A stretch of DNA of 64,000 bases from Candidatus Falkowbacteria bacterium RIFOXYA2_FULL_47_19 (GCA_001780275.1 MFGB01000020.1:168813-232812), one strand, 5' to 3'; positions 1 to 10,290 are shown, numbered from the stretch's first letter. The notes: generated from the letters alone by a model not told the origin. Program-made: numbers and translations.

Positions 1-990
1 GGCCTGGAAAAAGAAACGGTCAAAAAGATAAAAGAAATAAGGAATAGAAACGAAGAGGATAAGTTTTTAGATCTTGAATTGGAACGCGGCGGCGAAAATC
101 TGCGTCTGCGCTTTATCGGACAGGTCGATACAAAATATGATCCGGATAGGGAAAAAGATTATGCTACATGGGACCTGACGCCGCGGGAAGAGGCGGAAAG
201 ATGGCTTAATAGGGAAATATTGGTGGGGGAAAAAATTAATAAGTTTTTTTCGGCGGGAACGATTTCAGCTGATTCTTTGGTGGAATACAACCGTAGCCGC
301 AGGGTCGGCGAGATGTTTTTACTTAAAAAAATAAAATCAGCGGAAAAAGAAACGGAAGAATACGGCGAAGCGGAGGGCCGTCTCTTGGGGCAGACCCTTA
401 TAAATCTTCAGACCGGCCTGAACGCGACCGCAATGATAAAAGAAATCATGGTCGAGAACGGCATAAAGACAAAACTGGAAATGGAGCAGAGGATTTTTGA
501 GGATTATTTCGATAATTTTGATGGCTATATGGATAACTCCCGGGTGATCCTGGGCGATTTGAACAATGAAGACATAAAAGAAAATTTAGAAGCGCAAATG
601 GAAAAATACCGAGAGACGATAGAGGCCGGGCAACTTAACAAAGATGAATACGCCTTCGTCCATGGCGACGTAAATCTTGAAACGGCGCGTTTATCGGCCG
701 GCAAAATGTATTTAAGCGACTGGCGCCTTTCCGGCAAGACTCAGAATCGGGAATTGGCGATCGTTTACGATCTGGGAAATGCGTTCAACAGCGCGATAGA
801 AAATTTCGATACGGCCGCCCAGGCGGAGGAATTCATCCGCGGGGCCGAAAAAGCCGTTCGAGAGCACTATAAGGACCAATCAACCGCGGAGGCGGTCATT
901 CGGCTCGCGAAACTGCGTTCTTTCGCGATGATTTTAAACGATCTTAAAGGAGAAAAAAAGGATTTTGTCCGACAAGAACTGGGAATATAG
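1..990 (+). CDS. hypothetical protein, N-terminus outside window; possible kinase-like (APH/choline-kinase type) C-terminal half
   Basis: Frame 1 is open from base 1, so the track's TTG at 79 is probably internal. FVHGDVNLET...LSDW resembles the HGDxxxxN catalytic loop plus downstream D of the phosphotransferase fold. A hairpin terminator follows. Confidence 0.55.
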   Translation, partial: GLEKETVKKIKEIRNRNEEDKFLDLELERGGENLRLRFIGQVDTKYDPDREKDYATWDLTPREEAERWLNREILVGEKINKFFSAGTISADSLVEYNRSRRVGEMFLLKKIKSAEKETEEYGEAEGRLLGQTLINLQTGLNATAMIKEIMVENGIKTKLEMEQRIFEDYFDNFDGYMDNSRVILGDLNNEDIKENLEAQMEKYRETIEAGQLNKDEYAFVHGDVNLETARLSAGKMYLSDWRLSGKTQNRELAIVYDLGNAFNSAIENFDTAAQAEEFIRGAEKAVREHYKDQSTAEAVIRLAKLRSFAMILNDLKGEKKDFVRQELGI

Positions 991-1012
991 TTTAAATATC
1001 TATAATAAAAAA

Positions 1013-1037
1013 GAACCGGGTCGAACCCGGTTCTTTT
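1013..1037. terminator. bidirectional intrinsic terminator between convergent genes
   Basis: GAACCGGGT-cga-ACCCGGTTC 9-bp stem, A-run upstream and TTTT downstream. Confidence 0.8.
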
Positions 1038-1068
1038 ATGTTAATCCGGAATGTTTAATTTGAATTAA

Positions 1069-3735
1069 TTAAATCCATGTTACGCAAGCCACGCGATCCC
1101 CCTGATCCTTAAAACGCATCAAGCGCACGCCTTGTGTGTCCCGTCCCGATTCGTTGACCGTGGAGAAGGGTAGTCGGATCACCTGGCCTTTTTCCGAGAT
1201 GATCACTATGTCGCGTTCGTTCATATAATCCGTATTGACGACATAGGCGTTTACCAGCTTGCCGGTTTTAGTCGTTACTTTGGCGGTCTTAATACCGGAC
1301 CCGCCGCGACCCTGCAATTTATAGTGCTCTAAGGGGGTGCGCTTGCCGAATCCCTGCTCCATAATCGATAATATCTGGTATTTTTTCTCGAACTCTTTGT
1401 CGCTACGGATGACTCCCATGCCGACGACCGAATCGCCTCCCTTAAGCCTTATTCCGCGCACGCCGGTAGCGCCTCGTCCCATATCGCGGACATCCTTTTC
1501 TTTAAAGCGAACCGCCTGGCCTCCGGCCGTAATAAGCTGGATCTGGTCAGAGCCGCTGGTCGGTTTCGCCCAGATAAGCTTATCGTCATTTTTTATTTTT
1601 ATCGCGATCAACCCGGAACGGCGGACATTGGAGAAAGAGCTTAGGGCCACTTTCTTGACCAATCCTTTTTCCGTGGTAAAGAAAAGATAGGCGCTTTCGA
1701 TCAATTTATCGAGGGGCAGGGTCGAGGTTACTTTTTCTCCGCCGGCCAGCTGCAGAAAATTCACGATCGCTTGTCCCTTGGCCGTCCGCGTAGCTGCCGG
1801 TATTTCATAGGCTTTCAACTGGAAAGCCCGTCCGCGTGTCGTGAAAAAAAGAATATCGGAATGGGTCTGGGTTGTGAACATAAATTCGACCATATCCTCT
1901 TCTTTGGTCGTAAGGCCGATCACGCCCTTACCTCCCCGTCCCTGAACTTTAAAAGTGTCCGGGGTCATCCGTTTTATGTAGCCATCCCGGGTCATAAATA
2001 CCACAGCCTCTTCATTCGGCACCAGGTCTTCGACCGAGAAATCACTGACGCCATGGGGAACCACCAGCGTTCTTCTGTCATCGCCGTACTTTTCCCCTAG
2101 TTTAACGACCTCATCTTTGATTATATTCTTTATCTTGGTTTTGGATTTTAAGATTTCCTCAAGCTCTTTTATTATTCTTTTCTTTTCTTTCAGCTCTGTT
2201 TCTATCTTCAATCTTTCGAGATTGGCCAGCGTGGAGAGCTTCATGTCAAGGATCGCGATTACCTGCTTTTCCGACAATTTGAATTGCTTAATGAGATTTA
2301 TTTTGGCCGTTTCCCTGTCTTTGCTCGCTTTTATGGTTTTAATGACAGCATCGATCTTATTCAAGGCGATCATTAAGCCCTCGAGTATGTGGGCGCGTTC
2401 GCGGGCTTTATTAAGGTCGAATTGGGTCCGGCGGCGAACCACTACCTCCCGGTGCTTTATATATTCTTCGAGGGCCATTTTAAGTGTAAGCACTTTCGGC
2501 TGGAGTCCGTCCACTAAAGCCAGGATGTTCACGTGGAAAGTTTCCTGAAGCTGCGTATGTTTATATAAACCATTAAGGATCTTTTTCGGATAAGCGTCTT
2601 TTTTAAGCTCGATCACTATCCGGACGCCCTCTTTATCGGATTCGTCGCGCAGGTCTTTTATTCCTTCCAGCTTCTTGTTTTTGATTAGATCCGCGATTTT
2701 TTCAACCAGTACCGACTTGTTTACCTGGTAAGGTATTTCCGTGATCTCGATCCTGAATTTACCTCCCGCATCCTCGATTATGTCCGCCTTGCCCCGGACG
2801 ACGATTCCGCCTTTGCCGGTGGCGTAGGTTTGCATGATGTCCTTTTGGTTGTAAATTATGCCGCCGGTCGGAAAGTCGGGACCCTTGACGAACTGTGTCA
2901 GGTCTTCGGCGGTCGCGTCCGGATTGTCGATCAAATGGTTGATCGCGGCGGTAAGCTCGCGCAGGTTATGCGGCGGGATGTTCGTGGACATGCCCACGGC
3001 GATCCCAACCGTGCCGTTCAAGAGCAGATTCGGCAGCTTAGCCGGCATAACCAGCGGTTCTTTATGCGAGCCGTCGAAATTAGGCACAAAATCGACCGTG
3101 GCTTTTTCAATATCGAATAGCAAGTCTTCCGAAATGGGGGACATTTTCGCTTCCGTATAACGCATGGCCGCCGGCCGGTCCCCGTCCATTGAACCGAAGT
3201 TTCCCTGGCCGCGTACAAGCGGGTAGCGCAAGGCGAAATCCTGAGCCATGCGGGCCATTGAATCATAAACAGCCGTGTCGCCGTGCGGATGATATTTACC
3301 CAAGACTTCTCCGACCACCGTAGCTGATTTGCGGAATTTGCCGCCGGCCCTGAGGCCTATCGACCACATCGCGTAAAGTATCCGGCGATGTACCGGTTTT
3401 AAGCCGTCGCGCGCGTCAGGAAGAGCGCGGGAGACGATCACGCTCATTGCATAATCAAGATAAGACCGGCTCATTTCGGCGGAAATAGGCAAGGGTTCGA
3501 CGATTCCGTAGGGGGTCTGCTGCCTTTCTCCCACTATAAGATTTTTAGTTTCGGCCGAAGGGGTCGATTCGGATTTTTTTTGTTCTTCGTCTTCCGGCTC
3601 TTTCGCGTCGGCTTTTTTCAGCTCTTCTTCGTTAACGGGCTTAGCGTCTGTTTTTTTGTCAATTTTAATTTCAGGTTTTTTAGCGCTTTTTTTATCTTTA
3701 GCCGCCTTAGGGGCGGTTTTCTTGATTTTAGCCAT
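1069..3735 (-). CDS. gyrA: DNA gyrase subunit A with ~70-aa Lys/Glu-rich N-terminal extension
   Basis: [19 protein letters not shown] and [10 protein letters not shown] (catalytic Tyr) motifs; C-terminal beta-pinwheel repeats. The first ~70 aa are a K/E/A-rich low-complexity tract. Confidence 0.97.
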   Translation of the reverse strand: MAKIKKTAPKAAKDKKSAKKPEIKIDKKTDAKPVNEEELKKADAKEPEDEEQKKSESTPSAETKNLIVGERQQTPYGIVEPLPISAEMSRSYLDYAMSVIVSRALPDARDGLKPVHRRILYAMWSIGLRAGGKFRKSATVVGEVLGKYHPHGDTAVYDSMARMAQDFALRYPLVRGQGNFGSMDGDRPAAMRYTEAKMSPISEDLLFDIEKATVDFVPNFDGSHKEPLVMPAKLPNLLLNGTVGIAVGMSTNIPPHNLRELTAAINHLIDNPDATAEDLTQFVKGPDFPTGGIIYNQKDIMQTYATGKGGIVVRGKADIIEDAGGKFRIEITEIPYQVNKSVLVEKIADLIKNKKLEGIKDLRDESDKEGVRIVIELKKDAYPKKILNGLYKHTQLQETFHVNILALVDGLQPKVLTLKMALEEYIKHREVVVRRRTQFDLNKARERAHILEGLMIALNKIDAVIKTIKASKDRETAKINLIKQFKLSEKQVIAILDMKLSTLANLERLKIETELKEKKRIIKELEEILKSKTKIKNIIKDEVVKLGEKYGDDRRTLVVPHGVSDFSVEDLVPNEEAVVFMTRDGYIKRMTPDTFKVQGRGGKGVIGLTTKEEDMVEFMFTTQTHSDILFFTTRGRAFQLKAYEIPAATRTAKGQAIVNFLQLAGGEKVTSTLPLDKLIESAYLFFTTEKGLVKKVALSSFSNVRRSGLIAIKIKNDDKLIWAKPTSGSDQIQLITAGGQAVRFKEKDVRDMGRGATGVRGIRLKGGDSVVGMGVIRSDKEFEKKYQILSIMEQGFGKRTPLEHYKLQGRGGSGIKTAKVTTKTGKLVNAYVVNTDYMNERDIVIISEKGQVIRLPFSTVNESGRDTQGVRLMRFKDQGDRVACVTWI

Positions 3736-3772
3736 TTTATTTTAGTAATATTAATAATTAGAAACAGGATAA

Positions 3773-4399
3773 TTATTGTTGCATCTTTCCTTCCAATTCT
3801 TCCAGTCTGGTTTTTAATTTTTTAATTTCTTCTTCGGCGGCTTTTATGTTGATATCTGTGGTGGTGGCGTGTTCCGTGGTGGTAGCAGGCGCTTCTTCGT
3901 TCACGCGGTTAGGAATAACGGCGTCTTCTCCGCCGTCGGACGAATCGACCGTTTTAATGGTTTCAAGATCCGCTTTTAATTCATTCATTTTTTCCGCTAT
4001 TTCTTTGGCGGCCGTTTGCCATTCGGTTAAAATCGCGGCTTCAGCCCCATTGCCCTCGGAAGCTGTTTCTCGGAATACCCGGCTTGTGTTGCGGACCCAA
4101 AAGAAAGCGATAAGGATCATGAAAAAAATAACCCCGCTCCATAAAATAAGATTCTTGTCCTTTTCGATATTTTCAGACAGTATAATGCCCGGCTTAGGTT
4201 CTGTCGGTATATTTTTTGAACTAATCGCCTCTTTATTTATATCGCCTTCCGTTAAAAGCGAAGGTATTATTGGGGTTGTTTCAATTTTTTTTACCGGCGG
4301 CTTTTTAACTTTAATCTTCAGGGCGTGTTTGGTTTTTACCGGTTTTTTGGGGCCGGCTTGAATGGCTTTACGAGTGGTTTTTTTAGTTTTGGCGGGCAT
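3773..4399 (-). CDS. hypothetical single-pass membrane protein, Lys-rich N-terminus, C-terminal coiled coil
   Basis: Same strand as gyrA and 37 nt upstream of it. Histone-H1-like K/P-rich start, one TM (LILWSGVIFFMILIAFFWV), heptad-like C-terminus. The plus-strand ORF 3846..4361 is judged a shadow. Confidence 0.6.
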   Translation of the reverse strand: MPAKTKKTTRKAIQAGPKKPVKTKHALKIKVKKPPVKKIETTPIIPSLLTEGDINKEAISSKNIPTEPKPGIILSENIEKDKNLILWSGVIFFMILIAFFWVRNTSRVFRETASEGNGAEAAILTEWQTAAKEIAEKMNELKADLETIKTVDSSDGGEDAVIPNRVNEEAPATTTEHATTTDINIKAAEEEIKKLKTRLEELEGKMQQ

Positions 4400-4538
4400 A
4401 TTTAAAATTTTTATTACTAAAGAAAAATCACCCCCAAATAGTGTGAAATATGGTTTAATTGTACCAAAATAAAGGAAAAAAGTAAAGCCTAAAATACGCC
4501 AAAAAAATATTTGAAATAAGTTAAAAATAGGGCCTGAA

Positions 4539-4567
4539 TTGCCAAAAAAGCGAAAAAAAACTATAAT
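4539..4567 (+). promoter_or_regulatory. sigma70-like promoter TTGCCA-17-TATAAT
   Basis: -35 at 4539-4544, 17-nt spacer, consensus -10 at 4562-4567. Lies 37 nt upstream of a 27-codon ORF. Confidence 0.6.
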
Positions 4568-4603
4568 AGATAACAGGGATATGATTTAAAAATTAATATT
4601 TAT

Positions 4604-4687
4604 ATGGGACTGGTAAACTATTTTATCTTCGGCATAATTTTTGTCGCCGTCATTGTGGGAGTTTATGCCTACAACAAATTAAATTAA
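4604..4687 (+). CDS. candidate 27-aa hydrophobic micropeptide (MGLVNYFIFGIIFVAVIVGVYAYNKLN)
   Basis: ATG..TAA ORF below the track's size cut-off. It encodes one TM helix and sits between its own promoter and terminator. No clear SD. Confidence 0.35.
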   Translation: MGLVNYFIFGIIFVAVIVGVYAYNKLN

Positions 4688-4696
4688 GTGAAAAAA

Positions 4697-4730
4697 TAAA
4701 AAAGACGGAGAATTTTCCGTCTTTTTTTAT
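4697..4730. terminator. bidirectional intrinsic terminator
   Basis: AAAGACGGA-gaattt-TCCGTCTTT stem flanked by A-run and T-run. Sits between the micropeptide ORF and the convergent 4746..5390 gene. Confidence 0.8.
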
Positions 4731-4745
4731 TTCGTATTTTTGTTC

Positions 4746-5390
4746 TTACGGTTTTAGTATGACTAATTCCACGTCTTCCTGCGGCAATTCTTTTTTGGTT
4801 ATTTTTAGTTTATCTTCATAGGTCGGTTTAAGACCCATTTCCTTAATGAATTTATCGACGCCGTCCAGTTTTACTTTTAGCCCGGGCAGAGCGTAGTGCA
4901 TCGGTATGATTATTCTGGGCTCGATTTGACTGACTATTTCAACCGCTGTTTTCGCGTTTATCGTATAAGTTCCTCCTACGGGAATAAGCAATATATCGGT
5001 GCCCACCATAAGATCAAGCTGCTTGCTGTCAAGAATATGTCCCAGGTCGCCAAGGTGGGACACGGAAATGTCATCGACCTCTATGCGGAAGATTATGTTT
5101 TTTCCTCTTTCTTTCCCCCGTTTATCGTCATGGTCGGATTCGGCGCCGGCGATGGTTATGCCTTTTACGTCATACTCTCCGGCCTGATCGATGATAAAGG
5201 GGGTGCCGCGTAAGGCTTTTACGTTGTTATGATCGGTATGATCGTGACTTACCGTAACGATGTCCGATTCAAAACTTGGAACTTTAAGACCGATCGACTT
5301 ATCGAACGGATCGGTGGTGATCGTTATGCCGTCAGAGCCGACCTTGTTTTGGATTTTAAAACAGGAGTGGCCGAGCCAGGTTATGAACAT
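4746..5390 (-). CDS. metallo-beta-lactamase-fold hydrolase (UPF0173-like)
   Basis: MFITWLGHSCFKI N-terminus and SHDHTDH (HxHxDH-type) metal motif. Confidence 0.85.
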   Translation of the reverse strand: MFITWLGHSCFKIQNKVGSDGITITTDPFDKSIGLKVPSFESDIVTVSHDHTDHNNVKALRGTPFIIDQAGEYDVKGITIAGAESDHDDKRGKERGKNIIFRIEVDDISVSHLGDLGHILDSKQLDLMVGTDILLIPVGGTYTINAKTAVEIVSQIEPRIIIPMHYALPGLKVKLDGVDKFIKEMGLKPTYEDKLKITKKELPQEDVELVILKP

Positions 5391-5455
5391 ACGTTTTTTG
5401 TTACTAGTTAATTAGGTATTTTTATTTTCAGGCAAAAACCCCTTGTTGTCAATAG

Positions 5456-8140
5456 TCAGCGGGAAAATAATTTTTCAAAGTCATCGATTTTAGCGGCCGT
5501 TTTTTGGCGGTTATTTTTTTTCGCGTCCTTTTCGGCGGTCTGTTTATTCTCCCCGTCTTTTTTTTCTTCTTTTTCATCGTTTTCACCCTCTTCTTCATCA
5601 CTATCATCATCGCCGTTTTCTTCGTTTTCGTGCTCATTATTATTTTCTTCATCATCTTCTTCATCTTCTTTCGATTCCAGATCTTCTTCTTCGTTTTTGT
5701 CATTATTTTCCTCTTCCTCTTCCTTGAACACGACGTCATCGCGGCCTTCGTCATCTTCATCTTCGTTGTCGCCGTCTAAGTAGTTTTCCGGTACTTGCGC
5801 CTCCGCGCGGTTATGGAGGGCGACCCCGGAAACCCCCCGGCTTTCCATGGCGGCGTATTGTTCTTTGGTAATAAGGATCTCGCGCGGTTTGGCGCCGTTA
5901 ACCGGACCAACCACGCCGATTTTCTCCAGCTGGTCTAAAATACTGGCGGCACGGGCGTAACCGATGCGTAATTTGCGCTGCAGGAGAGAGGCTGAGGCTT
6001 TGCCCATGTTTATTATGATGTCCCTGGCCTCATGAAGCATGTCGTCATCGCCCTCGTTGCCGTCAAAACCAAAGCCGCCCGCGCCATGCGCGTTTTGCTT
6101 ATCGGTAATGCTGTCCACGTAGTTTGGCTGGCTGGCTTTTTTCTTTACATAGGCCACGATCTTTTTTATTTCATTATCGCTTACGTACGCCCCCTGCAAA
6201 CGGACCGGCTTGGATAATTCGGCGTTAAGGAAAAGCATGTCGCCGCGCCCCAGAAGTTTTTCGGCGCCGAGGGAATCGAGAATCGTCCGCGAATCTGTGC
6301 CGGAAGCCACTGAAAAAGCGACCCGGGCGGGCATATTGGCCTTGATAAGTCCGGTAATAACATCCACGCTCGGACGCTGGGTAGCCAGGACCAGATGGAT
6401 GCCTACTGCTCGGGCCATTTGCGCCAAACGGATCACGCCGGCCTCGATGTCGCGGGCGGCCGCGACCATAAGATCGGCTAACTCGTCGATGATAAAGATT
6501 ATATAAGGCATTTTAACGGCGGCGCTTTCGTTATAACCCTGGATATTCCTCTTGCCGTGTTTCGCGAGGATATCGAAGCGACGGTCCATTTCGTTTATGC
6601 ACCATTTAAGGGCGTTGATCGTTTTCGGCACTTCAGTGATAACCTCGGTCAATAAATAAGGGATCCCGTTGTACATCGGCAATTCGACGCGTTTAGGGTC
6701 GACCATGATGAATCGGAGGTTATCCGGATTATTCTGAAACATCAGGCTCACTATGATTGTATTCAGACACACCGATTTTCCGGAATTGGTCGCGCCCGCC
6801 ACAAGGAGATGCGGCATTTTCGTGATATCGTCCAGCCAGGAGCTTCCGGCGACGTCCTTGCCCAAAGCCAGCATTAAATTATTTTTTCTTTCTTTGTAAG
6901 CCTTAGCGGAGAGAACCTCTTTTAAGGAAACGATCGCTTTCGCCTGATTCGGGACCTCTACGCCGACTAAATGGCGGCCGGGGATCGGCGCCTCGATGCG
7001 GATGGGGTGCGCGGCCAGCGCGAGCGCCAGGTCGTTCGATAAATTCGTGATACGCGACAATTTGACCCCTTCTGCCGGACGGAATGTGTATTGCGTGACC
7101 GTTGGTCCGACGCTCACTTCGCCCATGTCCACGGTAATGCCGAAATTTTTTAAAGCTTTTTGGATGATGTCTTTGTTTTCATTAATATTGCCGCTGGTCG
7201 GTTTTTCTTTTTTATTATCAAGAAGACTTAGGGGTATGTTCATTTCTATATTAGTGGGCTTCCACCACACGTCATCAACCCCACTGTTTTTAAGGGGCGC
7301 GGCCTTAAAGGGGGTGGGTACCCCCTCCTCTTCTTCTTCATTTTCTTTTTCTTCTTCTTCTTCTTCTTCTTCTTCATTTTCTTCTTCCTCCTCCTCTTCT
7401 TCTTCATTTTCTTCTTCCTCTTCTTCTTCGCCCTCTTCCCCCTCCTCTTCTTCGCCCTCTTCTTCTTCTTCTTCTTCTTCGTCCTCTTCCTCTTCCTCCT
7501 TTTCTTCGCTCTCCTCTTTACCCCTTGATCCGAATAATTTTAATAATAAAAAGTTTAGCGGATAAAGCAGTTTAGCGATTAAACTTTCCCGGCCAAAAAG
7601 GCCCACCAGTGTCGTATTAAATAAAAGTAATAGGGAAATCACCAATAAGACGATAGACACTAAAAACGCGGCGATAAATCCCATAAGTTTCAATAATATT
7701 CCGGCTGGATAATAACCGACATAACCCCCGCCAAAGCCCTCCTTAAGACCGATCATCCATTGATCCGTCTCTACGAACAAAAAAAGCAAAGTATGAAAAG
7801 ACAGGACAAAAACAAACAGACCTAGATAATTTCCTCCTCGGATCTCGAATCTCTCTTCGTCATAAAGCATATATCCCCACCCCATAAGAATAACCGGAAT
7901 AAGCCATTTCCCCCAACCAAAAAGGGAGACTAGGCCGATTTTCAGGTATATCCCTAAAAGACCGGCTAAATCAAAAAGGCTTAAGGCTCCCAGGGCGCCT
8001 AAGGCCATGATCAATACGATGAAAATACCCTTTTTTGTATCCGGATCAAGCTCCAGCTCCGGCAGTCGGGGCAAGGAAATGTAATCCAGGATACTTCTTT
8101 TTCTGCGTCGCATAATTTTTACTACTAAAAAATAAGGCAA
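5456..8140 (-). CDS. ftsK: DNA translocase FtsK/SpoIIIE with poly-Glu linker and acidic C-terminal tail
   Basis: N-terminal TM helices; Walker A GATNSGKS; Walker B IIFIIDELADL; gamma winged-helix ASASLLQRKLRIGYARAASILDQLEKIGVVGP. Also has a ~65-aa E-rich linker and a ~130-aa D/E/N/K-rich tail after the gamma domain. Confidence 0.93.
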   Translation of the reverse strand: MPYFLVVKIMRRRKRSILDYISLPRLPELELDPDTKKGIFIVLIMALGALGALSLFDLAGLLGIYLKIGLVSLFGWGKWLIPVILMGWGYMLYDEERFEIRGGNYLGLFVFVLSFHTLLFLFVETDQWMIGLKEGFGGGYVGYYPAGILLKLMGFIAAFLVSIVLLVISLLLLFNTTLVGLFGRESLIAKLLYPLNFLLLKLFGSRGKEESEEKEEEEEDEEEEEEEEGEEEEGEEGEEEEEEENEEEEEEEEENEEEEEEEEEKENEEEEEGVPTPFKAAPLKNSGVDDVWWKPTNIEMNIPLSLLDNKKEKPTSGNINENKDIIQKALKNFGITVDMGEVSVGPTVTQYTFRPAEGVKLSRITNLSNDLALALAAHPIRIEAPIPGRHLVGVEVPNQAKAIVSLKEVLSAKAYKERKNNLMLALGKDVAGSSWLDDITKMPHLLVAGATNSGKSVCLNTIIVSLMFQNNPDNLRFIMVDPKRVELPMYNGIPYLLTEVITEVPKTINALKWCINEMDRRFDILAKHGKRNIQGYNESAAVKMPYIIFIIDELADLMVAAARDIEAGVIRLAQMARAVGIHLVLATQRPSVDVITGLIKANMPARVAFSVASGTDSRTILDSLGAEKLLGRGDMLFLNAELSKPVRLQGAYVSDNEIKKIVAYVKKKASQPNYVDSITDKQNAHGAGGFGFDGNEGDDDMLHEARDIIINMGKASASLLQRKLRIGYARAASILDQLEKIGVVGPVNGAKPREILITKEQYAAMESRGVSGVALHNRAEAQVPENYLDGDNEDEDDEGRDDVVFKEEEEENNDKNEEEDLESKEDEEDDEENNNEHENEENGDDDSDEEEGENDEKEEKKDGENKQTAEKDAKKNNRQKTAAKIDDFEKLFSR
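7325..7520 (-). repeat. GAA/GAG trinucleotide (poly-Glu codon) tract inside ftsK
   Basis: ~190 nt of near-uninterrupted ttc/ctc triplets on the plus strand. This generates the antisense poly-Ser shadow ORF 6996..7565. Confidence 0.9.
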
Positions 8141-8293
8141 ACCTTACCTTGTATTATAGAATTATTATAACATATTACGAAGACAAAAAAAATGTATTAT
8201 AAATATGCAAAATTTTGTTTTGTTAAGGTTTACTTTTTTTCTTGAAAAATTCACTATAATAAGCTATGATTTAGGAAAAGCAACTTGTTTTGT

Positions 8294-10096
8294 ATGAGTA
8301 TAGAAAAATCAAATGACCAAAAAAAAGCCGATAGCCACTTAAAGATCTGGGAAGACGAGATTTCGGGATCGATCAATCGAAGTTCCCGGGAAATAGGTAT
8401 TTACGACCGGACGAAAATCGAAGAAAAGATCAAGGGTTTAGCCCGGGAAACGGCCGATAAAAAAGAACTGGAATTTTTAGGGGTACTTAAAAGAGTAAGC
8501 CCCGAAGCCGGAGTCTATCTTGTTGGCGGTTCAGTCCGTGACGCGATCTTAGGTCGTAAATCAAAAGATATCGACTTGCTTATTAACCGGATCGACCCGG
8601 TCGGGGCCGTCGAAGTTTTATCACATTACGGCAAGGTCGTTTTCGACAAGAACCCTAATGCTGATTTGTCGGCTTTATCCCGCGAAGAAAAAGAAAAACT
8701 ACTCAAGGAAACATACGGAATCATAAAATTCCTGCCACGCGACTCCGAATCGGAAGAGCTTATTGATATCGGTTATCCGCGCTTAGACGATTATACCGAG
8801 GCCGGAAGATCCGGTATCAGCGGTATTAAAAATGACGCCGTTTCCATAACCGATCCGGATTTACCGATCGCGGAAGATTTAAAAAGGCGCGATCTGACCA
8901 TTAACGCGATTGCCGTCAATCTTTTAAACGGAGAAATAGTCGATCAACACGGCGGCATTGAGGACGTTATAAGGGGGCGTATCAGGGCCGTCGGAGATCC
9001 GGAAAGGATGCTTAAAGAAGATATGTCCCGCTGTTTTCGCGCCATCCGCTTCGCCTGCGTTTTTGGCGCGGATATAGAACCGGATTTAAAAAGAATAATC
9101 AGGAAAATATTCCGGCCGGCACTTAAGAGTTCGTCGGAAATATACGGGAATGAGCCGGAGAAGCTTAAAAAAATAAAAGCGTTGGAAGAAGATATCCGCT
9201 CTGAATTCGAGATAAGAACGGACAATCTTCCTCTTTGCCTACAGGTATTTTGGGATAAAACGCAGAATAAAGCCCGGATGGCCGTCGCCAAAGAAGTGAT
9301 GGGGGCGGAAATAATGAAAGCGATAAACGCGGACCCGGTCAAATTTACCGAGCTTATGGATGAAACCGGAGGCCTGGAGGTGATATTGCCAGAAGTGGCC
9401 CGGCTTAAGAACATAGCGCAATCCCCTGAACATCATCGGGAAGGGGATGTTTTCCGCCACACCATGATGGTTCTTAGAAACCTGCCGCTGGGCGCGTCTT
9501 TTAGGGTTAAGCTGGCCGCTCTTTGCCATGATCTGGGAAAGATCGAAACATGGAAAAAGAATGAGGATGGCAGTATTTCCTTTAAGGGCCATAATCGTCA
9601 AAGCGCCGTATTAGCGGAACGAGTGGCCGATCGGTTCAGGCTAAAAAAGAACCTGAAAGAAGACGTGCTTTGGCTGGTCCAAAACCACATGGAGCCGATC
9701 CTGGGTAATGTCAGGTCCATAAAGAACAACACGCTCGAGAAAAAGTTTTTGAAATCGGACGATTTGACGGACGACCTGATCACGCTCGCCCGCGCCGATT
9801 CTCTGGGATCGATCCCGGAAAGAGGCGCGCCGGACACGGAAAACGTCGACCATTTTGCCGCCCGGATAAATGAGCTAAGAAAAAAGCTTAGCGTTGTCGG
9901 ACGGAATACTCCCCCTATCGTAACCGGCGGCGAACTGTTAAAAATGGGATTCGAGCCCGGCCCCCGCATAAGAGAAATACTGGAGGCGGTCAGAGAAGAG
10001 CAGTTAAAAGGCGGAATCGATCAAAAAGATATTTCCCGCGAGTACATAGATGAGATCGTGGCAAAGAAAGATTCCGAAGATTTCATTAGCGCATGA
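8294..10096 (+). CDS. cca: CCA-adding enzyme / poly(A) polymerase-family tRNA nucleotidyltransferase with HD domain
   Basis: GGSVRDAILGRKSKDIDLL head motif, RRDLTINAIA, HD region HHREGDVFRHT...CHDLGK. ATG at 8294 preferred over the track's TTG at 8285. Long (~600 aa) with insertions. Confidence 0.85.
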   Translation: MSIEKSNDQKKADSHLKIWEDEISGSINRSSREIGIYDRTKIEEKIKGLARETADKKELEFLGVLKRVSPEAGVYLVGGSVRDAILGRKSKDIDLLINRIDPVGAVEVLSHYGKVVFDKNPNADLSALSREEKEKLLKETYGIIKFLPRDSESEELIDIGYPRLDDYTEAGRSGISGIKNDAVSITDPDLPIAEDLKRRDLTINAIAVNLLNGEIVDQHGGIEDVIRGRIRAVGDPERMLKEDMSRCFRAIRFACVFGADIEPDLKRIIRKIFRPALKSSSEIYGNEPEKLKKIKALEEDIRSEFEIRTDNLPLCLQVFWDKTQNKARMAVAKEVMGAEIMKAINADPVKFTELMDETGGLEVILPEVARLKNIAQSPEHHREGDVFRHTMMVLRNLPLGASFRVKLAALCHDLGKIETWKKNEDGSISFKGHNRQSAVLAERVADRFRLKKNLKEDVLWLVQNHMEPILGNVRSIKNNTLEKKFLKSDDLTDDLITLARADSLGSIPERGAPDTENVDHFAARINELRKKLSVVGRNTPPIVTGGELLKMGFEPGPRIREILEAVREEQLKGGIDQKDISREYIDEIVAKKDSEDFISA

Positions 10097-10261
10097 TTTG
10101 TCGGTCTGAGGGATATTGACTTTAAAACGGTTATAATATAAAGTGAAGACAAGAATAAATTATAATAAGATCCTTTTTATATTTGGGCTTGTCGGCCTGT
10201 AACTCATAAGTCAAGCGCTTTAAGGAGAGGCGCTTTTTTATTTGGCGATTTGCATTTCAAA

Positions 10262-10290
10262 TTGACAGAATTATTTTCCGGCGCTAACAT
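10262..10290 (+). promoter_or_regulatory. promoter TTGACA-17-TAACAT
   Basis: Consensus -35 with 17-nt spacer, ~80 nt upstream of the proline dehydrogenase start. Confidence 0.5.

Noticed and set aside
5449-5779. Lys-rich 103-aa minus ORF and Phe-rich 91-aa plus ORF
   Set aside because: These are alternative-frame and antisense shadows of the low-complexity acidic C-terminal tail of FtsK.
6996-7565. 189-aa plus-strand ORF with a long poly-Ser tract
   Set aside because: It is the antisense reading of the FtsK poly-Glu codon tract (GAA/GAG read as TTC/CTC). It has no SD and lies wholly inside a well-supported gene.
10140-10250. Possible ~110-nt sRNA between cca and the proline dehydrogenase gene (TATAAT-like box, then AGCGC...GCGCT + T6)
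   Set aside because: The -35/-10 spacing is wrong (10 nt) and the stem is only 5 bp. More simply explained as the cca terminator region.
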